Positions 54,625 through 64,000 of a DNA stretch of 64,000 bases are shown here, in pieces. The DNA is from an uncultured Verrucomicrobiae bacterium. Its GTDB lineage: Bacteria; Verrucomicrobiota; Verrucomicrobiia; Chthoniobacterales; UBA10450. Within the stretch, counting starts at the first letter, position 1; each line of letters begins with the position of its first letter. Position numbers and translations under genes: made by a program. The DNA lies in NCBI GenBank assembly GCA_963834385.1, contig CAWIBO010000005.1, positions 608,001 through 672,000 on the forward strand, in the 5' to 3' direction. The notes under the pieces are model-generated. The model ran no database searches. It had not been told where the DNA came from and saw nothing but the letters and a program-made list of their open reading frames with translations.

Positions 54625-56391
54625 ATGTCGATCTACCGTCGCGTTCTCCAGTATTACCGCCCTTATCTCCCGCAAACCCTGGGCGGCCTTCTCCTTGTCC
54701 TCCTCGGCATCGGGCTCAGCCTGCTCAAGCCGTGGCCTTTCAAAATCATCGTCGACCACATCCTCCCGGGGCGCCCGCCGGACTGGCTGCCGCCCCATCT
54801 CCCGCTTGCGGTCCTCGTCCTCTGCGCCGGGCTGGTCGTCATCCAGCTTCTCTGGGGCCTGGTCAATCTCGCGACCAACCTCCTGTTCGTCCGCATCGGC
54901 CTCCAGACTCTGCTCCGCCTGCGGACCGAGATTTACGCCACCCTGCAGTCGCTCTCCTTCAAATACCACGATGCCCGGCGCTCCAGTGATTCCAGCTTCC
55001 GCGTCGCCTACGATTCGCAGTCGATCCAGACCATGTATAACAAGGGGCTCACCGCCATTTTTGGCTCGGTCGTCACCCTGTTCGGCACTTTCGCCGTCAT
55101 GGTCGTGATCGACTGGCAGCTCACTCTCCTCTCCCTCGCGATCGTCCCCGCGATCATTTTCGCGATTTATTTTTTCGCGAGCCGGATCCGGGCGCAATCC
55201 ACCTCGATCCAGGAAGAGGAAAGCGCCGTCCTGGCCCAGGCGCAGGAGGGCTTGAGCTCCATCCGCATGGTGCACGCCTTCGGCCGCGAGGAATACGAGG
55301 TCAGGCAGTTCGAGACCCGGGCCGCGCACAGCCTGCGGGCCAACCTTCGCCTGACGCTGACCAATGTGCAGAGCGCCCTCGTCATCAGCACGCTCATGGT
55401 CCTCGGCACGGCGGCGATGTACTACGTCGGCACGCTGCACGTCCTGGACGGAACGCTCACCCTCGGTTCGCTCCTCGTCTTCAGCGCCTACCTGCTCATG
55501 CTTTACCAGCCGCTGGAAGCCCTCACCTACACCGCCTGGGCCCTGGAGGGCGCGGCCGCCGGCGCGCAGCGCTGCTTCGAGGTGCTCGACAGCCAGAAGG
55601 ACGTGGCCGACGCACCCGACGCCCGCGAACTCACGGACGCGCGCGGCCCCATTGCCTTTGAACAGGTCACCTTTGGCTACGGCGAAGGCGCGCCGGTCCT
55701 GCGCGGGATCGACCTCGAGATTGCGCCCGGCCGCACCATCGCATTCGTCGGCGGCACCGGGGCCGGGAAAAGCACGCTCCTCAGCCTTGTGCCCCGCTTT
55801 TATGATCCCGATGGCGGCGCGGTCAAAATTTCCGGGCACGATCTCCGGACGATCACGAAGAAGTCGTTGCGCTCCGAGATCGCGATCGTCCTGCAGGACA
55901 CGCTCCTGTTTTCCACCACCGTGCGCGAGAACATCGCCTATGGGCGGCCGGAGGCGACCGCGGAGGAAATTCGTGAAGCGGCCCGCCGGGCCCAGGCCGA
56001 CGATTTCATCTCGCGTCTGCCCGGCGGATACGACAGCCCGGTGGGCGAACGCGGCGGTCACCTGAGTGTGGGACAACGCCAGCGCATCGGGATCGCGCGC
56101 GCCTTTCTCAAGGACGCGCCCATTCTTCTCCTGGATGAACCAACTTCTGCGCTCGACCCGCGCACCGAGTCGGCCATTATGGAGACAATCCGCACACTTA
56201 TGGTCGGTCGCACCACCCTCATCGTCACCCACCGCATCGCGACCGTTCACGCGGTTGAACGCATCGTCGTGCTCGAGGGCGGCGTGATCGCAGAAAGCGG
56301 GACGGGGCCCGAGCTGCTGGACCGCGGCGGACTTTATGCCGGGCTTTATCAAGCCGCCAACCTGCCGGCCAACCCCTCTTTTCGCCCATGA
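54625..56391 (+). CDS. ABC exporter, fused TMD + NBD (MsbA-like)
   Basis: TM domain, GGTGAGKST, LSVGQRQR, LDEPTSALD. Confidence 0.93.
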   Translation: MSIYRRVLQYYRPYLPQTLGGLLLVLLGIGLSLLKPWPFKIIVDHILPGRPPDWLPPHLPLAVLVLCAGLVVIQLLWGLVNLATNLLFVRIGLQTLLRLRTEIYATLQSLSFKYHDARRSSDSSFRVAYDSQSIQTMYNKGLTAIFGSVVTLFGTFAVMVVIDWQLTLLSLAIVPAIIFAIYFFASRIRAQSTSIQEEESAVLAQAQEGLSSIRMVHAFGREEYEVRQFETRAAHSLRANLRLTLTNVQSALVISTLMVLGTAAMYYVGTLHVLDGTLTLGSLLVFSAYLLMLYQPLEALTYTAWALEGAAAGAQRCFEVLDSQKDVADAPDARELTDARGPIAFEQVTFGYGEGAPVLRGIDLEIAPGRTIAFVGGTGAGKSTLLSLVPRFYDPDGGAVKISGHDLRTITKKSLRSEIAIVLQDTLLFSTTVRENIAYGRPEATAEEIREAARRAQADDFISRLPGGYDSPVGERGGHLSVGQRQRIGIARAFLKDAPILLLDEPTSALDPRTESAIMETIRTLMVGRTTLIVTHRIATVHAVERIVVLEGGVIAESGTGPELLDRGGLYAGLYQAANLPANPSFRP

Positions 56392-56974
56392 GCAACGTCC
56401 AGGCAGACCGGCGCGTGGAGGGAGACTGGTGGGACAAGCCGATCCCGCCGAACGTCGAGTTCGGCGACGGTTTTTACTGCGAATCCGCCCAGATTTTTCG
56501 CTTCATGCGCAGCCGCCTCCCGGGCGCGGTCCGCCTCGGTGACCACGTCTCCTGTTACGCCGGTTGCTCTTTTCCCTCGGCGAAAATGCCACCTGCCAGG
56601 TGGGCGATTTCACCCTGCTCAATGGCGTGCTCGTCATGGCGGTGGAGCGAATTGAGATCGGTTCCCATTGCCTGATGTCGTGGGGCGTCGGCCTGGCGGA
56701 TTCCGATTTTCATCCGCTCGATCCCGCCCGCCGGCGGGTGGATGCGCAGGCCCTCGCTCCGTTTTTTAAAGACCGCCCGGCGCGTCCGGAGATCAGGTCT
56801 GCCCCGATCATTCTGGAGGACAACGTCTGGGTCGGAATGAATGCGACCATCCTGAAAGGGGTGCGCATCGGGGAAAACTCGGTCGTGGCGGCAGGCTCGG
56901 TGGTGACAAAACCGGTGCCGGCCAACGTGATCGTGGCGGGCAACCCGGCCGTGGTGGTCAGGGAACTTCGATAA
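56388..56974 (+). CDS. Hexapeptide-repeat acyltransferase; frameshift near 56572
   Basis: Two frames join at [51 protein letters not shown]. Confidence 0.87.
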
Positions 56975-56985
56975 AACCGGCAAAC

Positions 56986-58164
56986 GTGACCGCGCGACGC
57001 AAACGCATTGTGGTGATGGGCTTCATGGCCTCCTCCCCCATTGCCGGCGTCATCTGGCAGCACATTCATTACATCGTGGGGCTGCAGCGTCTCGGGCACG
57101 ATGTCTACTACGTGGAGGATTCGGCGCGGCTCCCCTACGATCCGACCAGGTTGCAAATCACGGACTCCTACGATTACGCCACCGCCACCCTTTTCCGGCT
57201 GGCCCGCGAGTTCGGCTTCGAAAAGCGCTGGGCCTACTGCGCCCGCTATCTCCCGGATAAGCCGGCCGTCGGCCTGACCCGGCGCAAAATCCGCCAGCTC
57301 TACCGGGACGCCGACGCGATCCTCAACATCTGCGGCGCGCAGGAACTTCATCGCGACCTGCTGGCGAGCCAGGCCCTCATCTATGTCGAGAGCGATCCCG
57401 GGGTCGAGCAGATCAAGGTGGACAAGCGGGACCGCAAGACCATCAACTACCTCCGCCGGCACCATGCCCTTTTCACCTTCGGGGAAAACGTCGGCAAACC
57501 GAAGTTCCCCGTCCCGACCCACCGCCTGAAGTGGCTGGCGACGCGCCAGCCGGTCGTAACCGATCTCTGGAAAACGAGCCGGCGCGCTCCGGCCGGCGCG
57601 GTCTACACTTCGGTGGCAAACTGGTCCACCAGCGGCCTGAAGGACATCGTCTGGCGGGGCGAAAAGTATCTCTGGAGCAAATCCCGCGAGTTCCTGCGTT
57701 TTGTGCGCGCCCCGAAAAAGAGCGGCGCGACCTTTGAGCTCGCGACCGACATTCCCGACGACAAGGTCCGGCGACAGTTTGTCCGCCACGGCTGGCGGTT
57801 CCGGAGCGCGCAAGACCTGAGCGTCGATTACTGGGCTTACCGGGATTACATCCGGAAATCGAAAGGTGAGTTCACCGTGGCCAAGGACCAGTATGTCCGC
57901 CTCGAGACCGGCTGGTTCAGCGATCGCAGCGCCTGTTATCTTGCGGCCGGACGCCCGGTCATCACGCAGCAGACCGGCTTCACCGACTACTACGGCGGCG
58001 AGGAAGGACTGCTCGCCTTCCGCACCCAGGCTGAGATTGGCGAGGCCGTCCGCCGCATCCGCTCCGATTACGCCCGGCATTCGCGCGCGGCCCGCGCCAT
58101 CGCCCGCGACGAATTCGAGGCGGTCAAGGTTCTCAAGTCGCTGCTGGACCGCGCCGGGGTCTGA
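56986..58164 (+). CDS. Putative GT-B glycosyltransferase
   Basis: GLQRLGHDVYYVED; C-terminal GWFSDRSACYLAAGRPVI; coupled to the acyltransferase and ABC exporter genes. Confidence 0.7.
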   Translation: MTARRKRIVVMGFMASSPIAGVIWQHIHYIVGLQRLGHDVYYVEDSARLPYDPTRLQITDSYDYATATLFRLAREFGFEKRWAYCARYLPDKPAVGLTRRKIRQLYRDADAILNICGAQELHRDLLASQALIYVESDPGVEQIKVDKRDRKTINYLRRHHALFTFGENVGKPKFPVPTHRLKWLATRQPVVTDLWKTSRRAPAGAVYTSVANWSTSGLKDIVWRGEKYLWSKSREFLRFVRAPKKSGATFELATDIPDDKVRRQFVRHGWRFRSAQDLSVDYWAYRDYIRKSKGEFTVAKDQYVRLETGWFSDRSACYLAAGRPVITQQTGFTDYYGGEEGLLAFRTQAEIGEAVRRIRSDYARHSRAARAIARDEFEAVKVLKSLLDRAGV

Positions 58165-58271
58165 TTTTTTTTGTCCTGAACGGAGCGGCCTCGCCCGTTG
58201 TCGATGCTTGTTCATGCCGGCGCACCATTTGCTTTCCTGCCGGTTCGTTTAATCTTCCCGCTCCCCTCCTG

Positions 58272-59771
58272 ATGCATTTGCGCCTGCTTATAATCTGTTG
58301 CCTCTCTCTGGCCGGGGTGGGCGATGCACTTGCCCAGGCCAACGGCCGGATCCAGCAAAGCGTCGTTCGCATCAACGCCACCGAGGTCCAGCCCGATTAC
58401 CGCACACCCTGGAACTCCGGCTCGGTCCGCCGCGGTATCGGCGCCGGCTTCGTCATCGAAGGCTCGCGCATCATGACCAACGCCCACGTCGTGAGCAACA
58501 GCCGCTATCTCACGATTGAGCGCGAGGGTGACCCGAACAAATACCCGGCCCGCGTTCTCTTTGTCGCGCATGATTGCGACCTGGCGCTGCTCGAGGTGGC
58601 TTCGCCCGAGTTCTTCAAGAAGATGGCGCCGCTCACCTTCGGTGGAATTCCCGGTCTCGAGTCCACCGTCTCCGCCTACGGTTATCCCATCGGGGGCGAA
58701 CGCATGTCGGTCACCACCGGCATCGTTTCCCGGATTGATTTTCAGCTCTACACGCATTCCTCCATCGATTCCCACCTCGCCATCCAGATCAGCGCCCAGA
58801 TCAATCCGGGGAACAGCGGCGGCCCGGTCATGCAGAATGGCAAGGTCGTCGGCGTCGCCTTCCAGGGCTATAGCGGCGATGTCGCCCAGGGCGTCGCCTA
58901 CATGATTCCCACGCCGGTCATCCGGCGTTTCCTCAAGGATGTCGAGGATGGCCGTTACGATCGTTACGTCGACCTCGGGATCACCTACTCGAAACTGCAA
59001 AACCCGGCCCAGCGCAAATTCCTCGGGCTGCCCGACAACGATCGCGGCGTTCTCGTCAACACCGTGGTCGAAGCCGGCCCCGCCGCCCGCGCGCTGCGTC
59101 CCGGCGATGTTCTTCTCTCCATCGACGACATGCCGATCGCGAGCGATTCCTACGTCGAGCTCGAGGGCGACCGGGTCGAGATGCCCGAGGTGGTCGAGCG
59201 AAAGTTCAAGGGCGACAAGGTGAAGCTCGAAATCCTGCGCGACCGAAAGCCGATGGCGGTCACGATTGAGCTCGGCACCGTCTGGCCCTATTTCATCCAG
59301 TCACGCAGCTACGACATCGCCCCCCGCTTTGTCCTCTATGGCGGTCTCCTCTTCCAGCCGCTCTCGCTCGACCTGATGGAGGCCTACCAGATTTCCGACC
59401 CGCGCATCCGGCATTACTTCGATTATTTCGTGGCCGAGCAGCTCTACCTCGAACACCCCGAGATCATCATCCTGACCAATATTCTTTCCGATCCCATCAA
59501 CACCTACCTCGGACCGTATCGCGCCGGCATCGTTGACGAGGTCAACGGGCACAAGATCAAGACGCTGGAGGAGTTCGCGCGGGCCCTCGCCGCACCGGCC
59601 GACCGGATCGTAGTCAAAATGATCGGGGACGGTCCGCCGCTCGTGCTTGATCCCAAACAGGTGGCGGAAGCGCGGGAGCGGATCATGACCCGTTACAACG
59701 TCAACATTGAGCAGAACCTGGAGGCGCGCCCGCCCCTGCCCTCCCTGAACCAGGAGCCGGCCGCGCCATGA
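58272..59771 (+). CDS. HtrA/Deg-family serine protease (Deg2/Deg9-like, two PDZ), exported
   Basis: TNAHVV, HDCDLALL and INPGNSGGP triad; PDZ; GGLLFQPL second PDZ. Confidence 0.92.
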   Translation: MHLRLLIICCLSLAGVGDALAQANGRIQQSVVRINATEVQPDYRTPWNSGSVRRGIGAGFVIEGSRIMTNAHVVSNSRYLTIEREGDPNKYPARVLFVAHDCDLALLEVASPEFFKKMAPLTFGGIPGLESTVSAYGYPIGGERMSVTTGIVSRIDFQLYTHSSIDSHLAIQISAQINPGNSGGPVMQNGKVVGVAFQGYSGDVAQGVAYMIPTPVIRRFLKDVEDGRYDRYVDLGITYSKLQNPAQRKFLGLPDNDRGVLVNTVVEAGPAARALRPGDVLLSIDDMPIASDSYVELEGDRVEMPEVVERKFKGDKVKLEILRDRKPMAVTIELGTVWPYFIQSRSYDIAPRFVLYGGLLFQPLSLDLMEAYQISDPRIRHYFDYFVAEQLYLEHPEIIILTNILSDPINTYLGPYRAGIVDEVNGHKIKTLEEFARALAAPADRIVVKMIGDGPPLVLDPKQVAEARERIMTRYNVNIEQNLEARPPLPSLNQEPAAP

Positions 59772-61494
59772 CGCCCTTCCTACGCCTGCCTCGACTGGCC
59801 CTGCCTTTCGTCGCCACCCTCTTCCTGGCCCCGGCGCTGCTGGCCCAGGCGCCGGACGCCACCCCGAAGGATCCGGATCCGACCCCGCGCCCGACCGGCG
59901 CGCCCAACGGCAAGACGCCGCCCATGGCCGCCGAGCCGCCTCCGCCCGTTGCCCCAAGGTCCGAGAAAGCCGAGAAACCAAAAAACCTTTCCTTGGTTCG
60001 CGTGAACGTCACCGGACAGGCGCACGATTATTTTCGACCGTGGCAAAAGAAGGCGCCGTTTTCGAAGCGGGCCCTCGGCGCCGTTCTCGCCAAAGGACGA
60101 ATCCTCGTCACGGCCGACCTCGTGGCGAACCATAACTACGTGGAACTGGAGCGCGCGGAGACCGGGGACAAGACCGCGGCCACCGTGGACGTGGTTGATT
60201 ACGAAGCGAACCTGGCCCTGCTCAAAACCGAGGATCCAAAATTTCTCGAGGGCATTGTTCCGCTGGAACTGACCCTCGACACCGTGGTGGGCGACCGCCT
60301 GACCGCCTGGCAGCTCGAGCCTACCGGTTCCCTCGTCGGCACCGAGGGACTGGTCACGACCGTGCAGATGTCGCGCTATCCGGCCGACGTCGGCGAGTTT
60401 CTCATCTACCGCCTGAGCCTGGCGATGCAGTACCGCGACAACAGCTACACCGTGCCGCTGGTGAAGAACAACCGGCTGGCCGGGCTGCTCCTGCGCTACG
60501 ATCCGCGCTCGCAGACTCTGGACGCCATCCCGGCCCCCGTGATCGCCCATTTCCTGAAAGGGGCCGAGGCCCGGGACGGTTACCGGAGCTTTCCCTCGAT
60601 CGGCTTCGATTACTTTTCCACCCGCGACCCGCAGCTGCGCGCCTTTGCCGGCCAGACCGGAAAAGCGGCCGGCGTTTATATCACCACCGTCACGCCCGAG
60701 AGCGGGTCGTCCGAAGCGGGCTTGCAGGAAGGCGACGTGCTCCTGGAAGTGGCCGACAAGGCCATCGACCAGAACGGCAATTACGTCGATCCGCTCTATG
60801 GCAAGGTCGAGTTCACCAACCTGATCAAGCGCGCTTTTACCGGCGACACACTTCCTTTAAAGGTTCTGCGCGGCGGCAAACCGTTGACCCTGTCGGTCAC
60901 GCTGCGTCATCGCGATCCGCAGGATTACGTCGTCCCGCCTTACGGGCTCGACACCGCCCCTTCCTACTACGTCCTCGGCGGATTCATCTTCCAGGAGCTT
61001 TCCCGGCAATATCTCCGCGAGTGGGGGGCAAACTATCAGAAGGAAGCGCCCCAGCGTTTTGTTTACCTCGACCGGTTCCAGAGCGAACTCTTTCCGGAAG
61101 GCGACCGCCGGATTGTCATCCTCAGCCAGATTCTCCCCTCCAACCTCACCATCGGTTATGAGGACAACTCCTATCTGGTGGTGACAAAGGTCAACGGACG
61201 CGAAATCAAATCGTTGCGCGATCTGGCCGAGGCGGCAAAAACACCCGTGAACGGCTTCGCCGTCATCGAGACCGAGGAGGACCCGAAACAACTCCAGCTC
61301 GACATGAACGAGGTCACGAAGGAGACCACCGCCCTGCAAAAGAATTACGGACTTCCAGCCATGGCGCGACTCGAGGAACCCACCCCGCGCCTTCCCCGCC
61401 GTCTCCGTCCCCAGCCACGTCTCCTTCCCCGGCCGCGTCTCCATCGGCATCTCCATCTCCGGCCGCATCGCCCTCGCCGGCCGCGTCGCCCTGA
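59768..61494 (+). CDS. Catalytically degenerate Deg-like protease paralog with PDZ domains; frameshift near 61385 before a Ser/Pro tail
   Basis: Same architecture, but triad positions read VTADLV, ANLALL and QYRDNSYTVP; the shifted frame reads APSPPSPSPATSPSPAASPSASPSPAASPSPAASP* ending at 61494. Confidence 0.8.
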
Positions 61495-61506
61495 TTCGGG
61501 CCTCGC

Positions 61507-62940
61507 TCAGTCGGCGTCGCTTTCCGGGGCGTTTCGCTCCGCCGTTTCCCTCAGAAAGCGCCGCACCTCGTCGCGGTAGTCGTGGAATGGATCGCCCATG
61601 ACAAGAAAGTCGCGGTTGCCGCTCGCGAGGGAATCCCAGTTGACCACATAACTCTCGGCGCTCTCCTGGAAGTGTTTCACCGCCGCGGCCCGGCCCGCCG
61701 CCCGCGTGTCCGCCGGCGGGGTCTGCATCGCCTCCGGGCGACGCACGGACGCGTTCCATTCCCCGATCCGTTTCGGCGCGGAAACGCCGGTGAAGAGGCT
61801 GCGCGCCGGATTGATGTTGTGATACTCGAGATCCAGGCTTTGCAGCCAGGGATCGTCCCAGCCGATCCCTTCCGCCTTCATGAACGTCTCCAGCAGCCAC
61901 TTTTTCGTGATCCAGTCGACCCCCCCGATAAGCAGTTCCGGCCGGCGCCCGATGGCATCGAGAGTGTAATTCCAACTCTCCAGCACCCAGTCGGTCTCCT
62001 CGTCTCGACCGGCAAGGTCCTCCCGGGCCCGGGCCAGGAAGGCCCACTGCAGATCAAGCGCGCCGATGGTGCGCCCATCCTCCAGGGTGGTCACCCACCG
62101 CCCCGTCGGATCGCGCGAAATCTCGCGCGTGCTTTCAACCGCATCCGCCAGGACGAGACCGGGCGGCAGGCGGCCCGCCTCCAGGAGCGAAAGCACGCAG
62201 GCCGTCGTCCCGACTTTCAGGGCGTTCGCGAACGGGCTGATGTTCGAATCGCCGATGAGCAGATGGAGCCGGCGATATTTCCGGTAATCCGCCAGCGGCT
62301 CGTCCCGCGCGTTGATAATGGCGCGGTTGAACTGCACCCACTGATAAATGTCGTTCACGATATGGTCCGCCCGCTGGCTCAATTGGAAATCCACCGGGCT
62401 ATCCGGCGGCGGGATCTCAAAGTCGAACGCCAGCGGCGAGGCCTGCCCCACCCGCCCGGCCCCGGTGAAGATCTGGCGCGTAGCGAGGAACGAAAGCAGC
62501 GTCCCCAGCACCGGCGCGGTAAACTGCGCCTCCCGGCGCATGAGATAGTTCTCGTGGCAGCCAAAGGTCGCGCCGGTGTGATGATCAACGTTGTTCTTGA
62601 TGAAGGAAACGCGTTCGGCCGCGCCCATCTCTTCCAGCCCGCGCTGGAGCAGGTCGTCGCCGGCCAGGTCGTAGGTGACCACGTCGCGCAGGCTGAGGCA
62701 CTCCGGGGAGGCGTATTCGATGTGGCCCATGTCGAGATAGATCCGGCCGCCGTTGAGCAGGAACCCGCCGTTGCCCGGCGGTTCCTCGTAATCCCGATAG
62801 TGCAGGTCGATCGCCCCGACCCGGGCCTGGCGAAAAAGATGGTTTTTAAGCCGGATCGGCCAGTTCTCGGCGACCCCGCCCGGTTCGCCCTCCATGACGA
62901 GACAGCCGTATTCCGTCTCCAGCCCCGCGATCCGGTCCAT
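61507..62940 (-). CDS. pafA: Pup ligase/deamidase family protein, PafA-like
   Basis: RIAGLETEYG, NGGRIYLDMGHIEYASPEC, KNNVD..FGCHENY, LSQRADH, IINARDEPLAD, RRLHLLIGDSN, LDLEYH. Confidence 0.85.
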   Translation of the reverse strand: MDRIAGLETEYGCLVMEGEPGGVAENWPIRLKNHLFRQARVGAIDLHYRDYEEPPGNGGFLLNGGRIYLDMGHIEYASPECLSLRDVVTYDLAGDDLLQRGLEEMGAAERVSFIKNNVDHHTGATFGCHENYLMRREAQFTAPVLGTLLSFLATRQIFTGAGRVGQASPLAFDFEIPPPDSPVDFQLSQRADHIVNDIYQWVQFNRAIINARDEPLADYRKYRRLHLLIGDSNISPFANALKVGTTACVLSLLEAGRLPPGLVLADAVESTREISRDPTGRWVTTLEDGRTIGALDLQWAFLARAREDLAGRDEETDWVLESWNYTLDAIGRRPELLIGGVDWITKKWLLETFMKAEGIGWDDPWLQSLDLEYHNINPARSLFTGVSAPKRIGEWNASVRRPEAMQTPPADTRAAGRAAAVKHFQESAESYVVNWDSLASGNRDFLVMGDPFHDYRDEVRRFLRETAERNAPESDAD

Positions 62941-63062
62941 CCGGCAAGATTGGGCAGGACCGTGCCTGGGACAAGGGAAGTCGGTCCAACCGGGCCTACT
63001 TATTCGCGCTTATTCACAAAAAGCTTTCCAGTTTTCCGCGAAGAGACCAAACTGGCTTGCCC

Positions 63063-63509
63063 ATGAGAGACTTAGGCTTGCGCAGCCCCGCTGCTCGCGT
63101 CGGCGGGCTGGTGTACTTCGGGCGTATGCTGGACAAAATCAGGGTCCACGCGAGCGGCCAGCTCCCCGCCGATTACCAGCAGAACCTCGGAAGAGGCTTT
63201 GATGAGTTTTGCGTCAACTTTCTCGGCGTGCAGTACCACCAGCTCGTGGACCGGGTCAAACAGGGGGGCGGCGACGAGGAAATCCTGCAGTGGTGCTATG
63301 CCATGGGGCGCAAACCGACCGACCAGGAACTTTTTGTCTGGAACGATTTCATGCGGAAACGCGGCTGGAACGACGACATCGCGGAGACGCTTCTCCGGCG
63401 CAAGAAGGAAGCCGGCATGGCCGGGCGTTCCGAGATCAAGACCATGTTTCAGTTTATCGACGTGGACGAAGGCCGCTCGCTCCACAAGGGCGTCAAGATC
63501 TCGACCTGA
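63063..63509 (+). CDS. DUF5069-like protein (second paralog)
   Basis: LRSPAARVGGLVYFGRMLDKIR..GFD..FLGV..WN..TMFQFIDVDEGR. Confidence 0.82.
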   Translation: MRDLGLRSPAARVGGLVYFGRMLDKIRVHASGQLPADYQQNLGRGFDEFCVNFLGVQYHQLVDRVKQGGGDEEILQWCYAMGRKPTDQELFVWNDFMRKRGWNDDIAETLLRRKKEAGMAGRSEIKTMFQFIDVDEGRSLHKGVKIST

Positions 63510-63521
63510 ATCAATCCCGGG

Positions 63522-63671
63522 TCACGGCCGCGCCCCGGACGGTTCGCCAGGAGGCGGAGGGGGCTGCATCCGGTAATCGATCACCAGCCAAAGCATCACC
63601 ACCAGGGCCGCGACGATCAGGGCTGCGATGATCTCGCGCCGCCCAAAGGTGCTGCCGGGCCCGCCCTTCAC
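63522..63671 (-). CDS. Small single-TM hypothetical protein, 49 aa (not in the ORF track)
   Basis: GTG-KGGPGSTFGRREIIAALIVAALVVMLWLVIDYRMQPPPPPGEPSGARP*; starts 5 nt after the upstream stop and fills the gap. Confidence 0.55.
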   Translation of the reverse strand: MKGGPGSTFGRREIIAALIVAALVVMLWLVIDYRMQPPPPPGEPSGARP

Positions 63672-63676
63672 CCTTG

Positions 63677-63961
63677 CTACTCCGCCAGGGTGTCGATGCG
63701 TTCCGCCAGCGAAAAATCGAGGTCGGTCAGGCCGCCCTTGCTGTGGGTCGAAAGGACCAGGCGCACCTTGTTATAGCGAATGTCGATGTCGGGATGATGT
63801 TCCTCTTCATCCGCCACCTCCGCGACCGAGTTCACGAAATCGATGGCGTCGGAAAACTCGTCGAACTCGAACGTCCGCTCGATGTGTTTCTTCTCGAGCT
63901 CCCATTCGGGCACTTTTTTCAGGCGGGTTTTCAGCTCATCCGCTTTGATCAACTCTGCCAT
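63677..63961 (-). CDS. phhB: Pterin-4-alpha-carbinolamine dehydratase
   Basis: HHPDIDIRYNKV..LSTHSKGGLTDLD. Confidence 0.93.
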   Translation of the reverse strand: MAELIKADELKTRLKKVPEWELEKKHIERTFEFDEFSDAIDFVNSVAEVADEEEHHPDIDIRYNKVRLVLSTHSKGGLTDLDFSLAERIDTLAE

Positions 63962-64000
63962 AACGGTCTGACGGTTAACATCCCCGGGGGGTTTTGCAAT

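Noticed and set aside
61495..61579. Arg/His-rich C-terminus of the second Deg protein overlapping pafA
   Set aside because: Better explained by a one-base deletion; the alternative frame gives a Ser/Pro tail ending at 61494.
62941..63062. Possible pup/UBact gene next to pafA
   Set aside because: The gap is only about 120 bp of divergent promoter sequence, and I found no suitable ORF ending in GE/GQ.

Overview
High-GC bacterial chromosomal window. Gene content (PEP-CTERM beta-strand-repeat protein, two DUF5069 genes, Ser/Pro tails, PafA-family gene) suggests Verrucomicrobiota, probably Chthoniobacterales/Spartobacteria; this is inference, not a database match. It is mostly housekeeping: amn, icd, pgi, glnD, fahA, gdh, murJ, phoH, rfaE1-gmhB-kdsB-pyrG, purE-purK-sua5, aroK-queG, a MacAB-like ABC operon, purB, dedA and one tRNA with a CAT anticodon (Ile2-like). 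At least nine genes, including pyrG and sua5, carry single-base indels that look like assembly errors. No CRISPR array, prophage, IS transposase or rRNA was seen. The best leads are: (1) a GxxExxY nuclease-family gene bounded by imperfect inverted repeats and inserted non-polarly in the ABC operon, with a related orphan repeat and recurring modular repeat cassettes in the intergenic spaces; (2) a compact, divergent STT3/AglB-like oligosaccharyltransferase with WWESP in place of WWDYG; (3) an uncalled 58-aa gene with its own sigma-54 promoter and terminator; (4) a sensorless, G1-box-degenerate kinase in front of an NtrC-like regulator and glnD; (5) an active plus catalytically dead Deg protease pair converging on an orphan PafA-family ligase. 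All family assignments come from motif recognition by eye.
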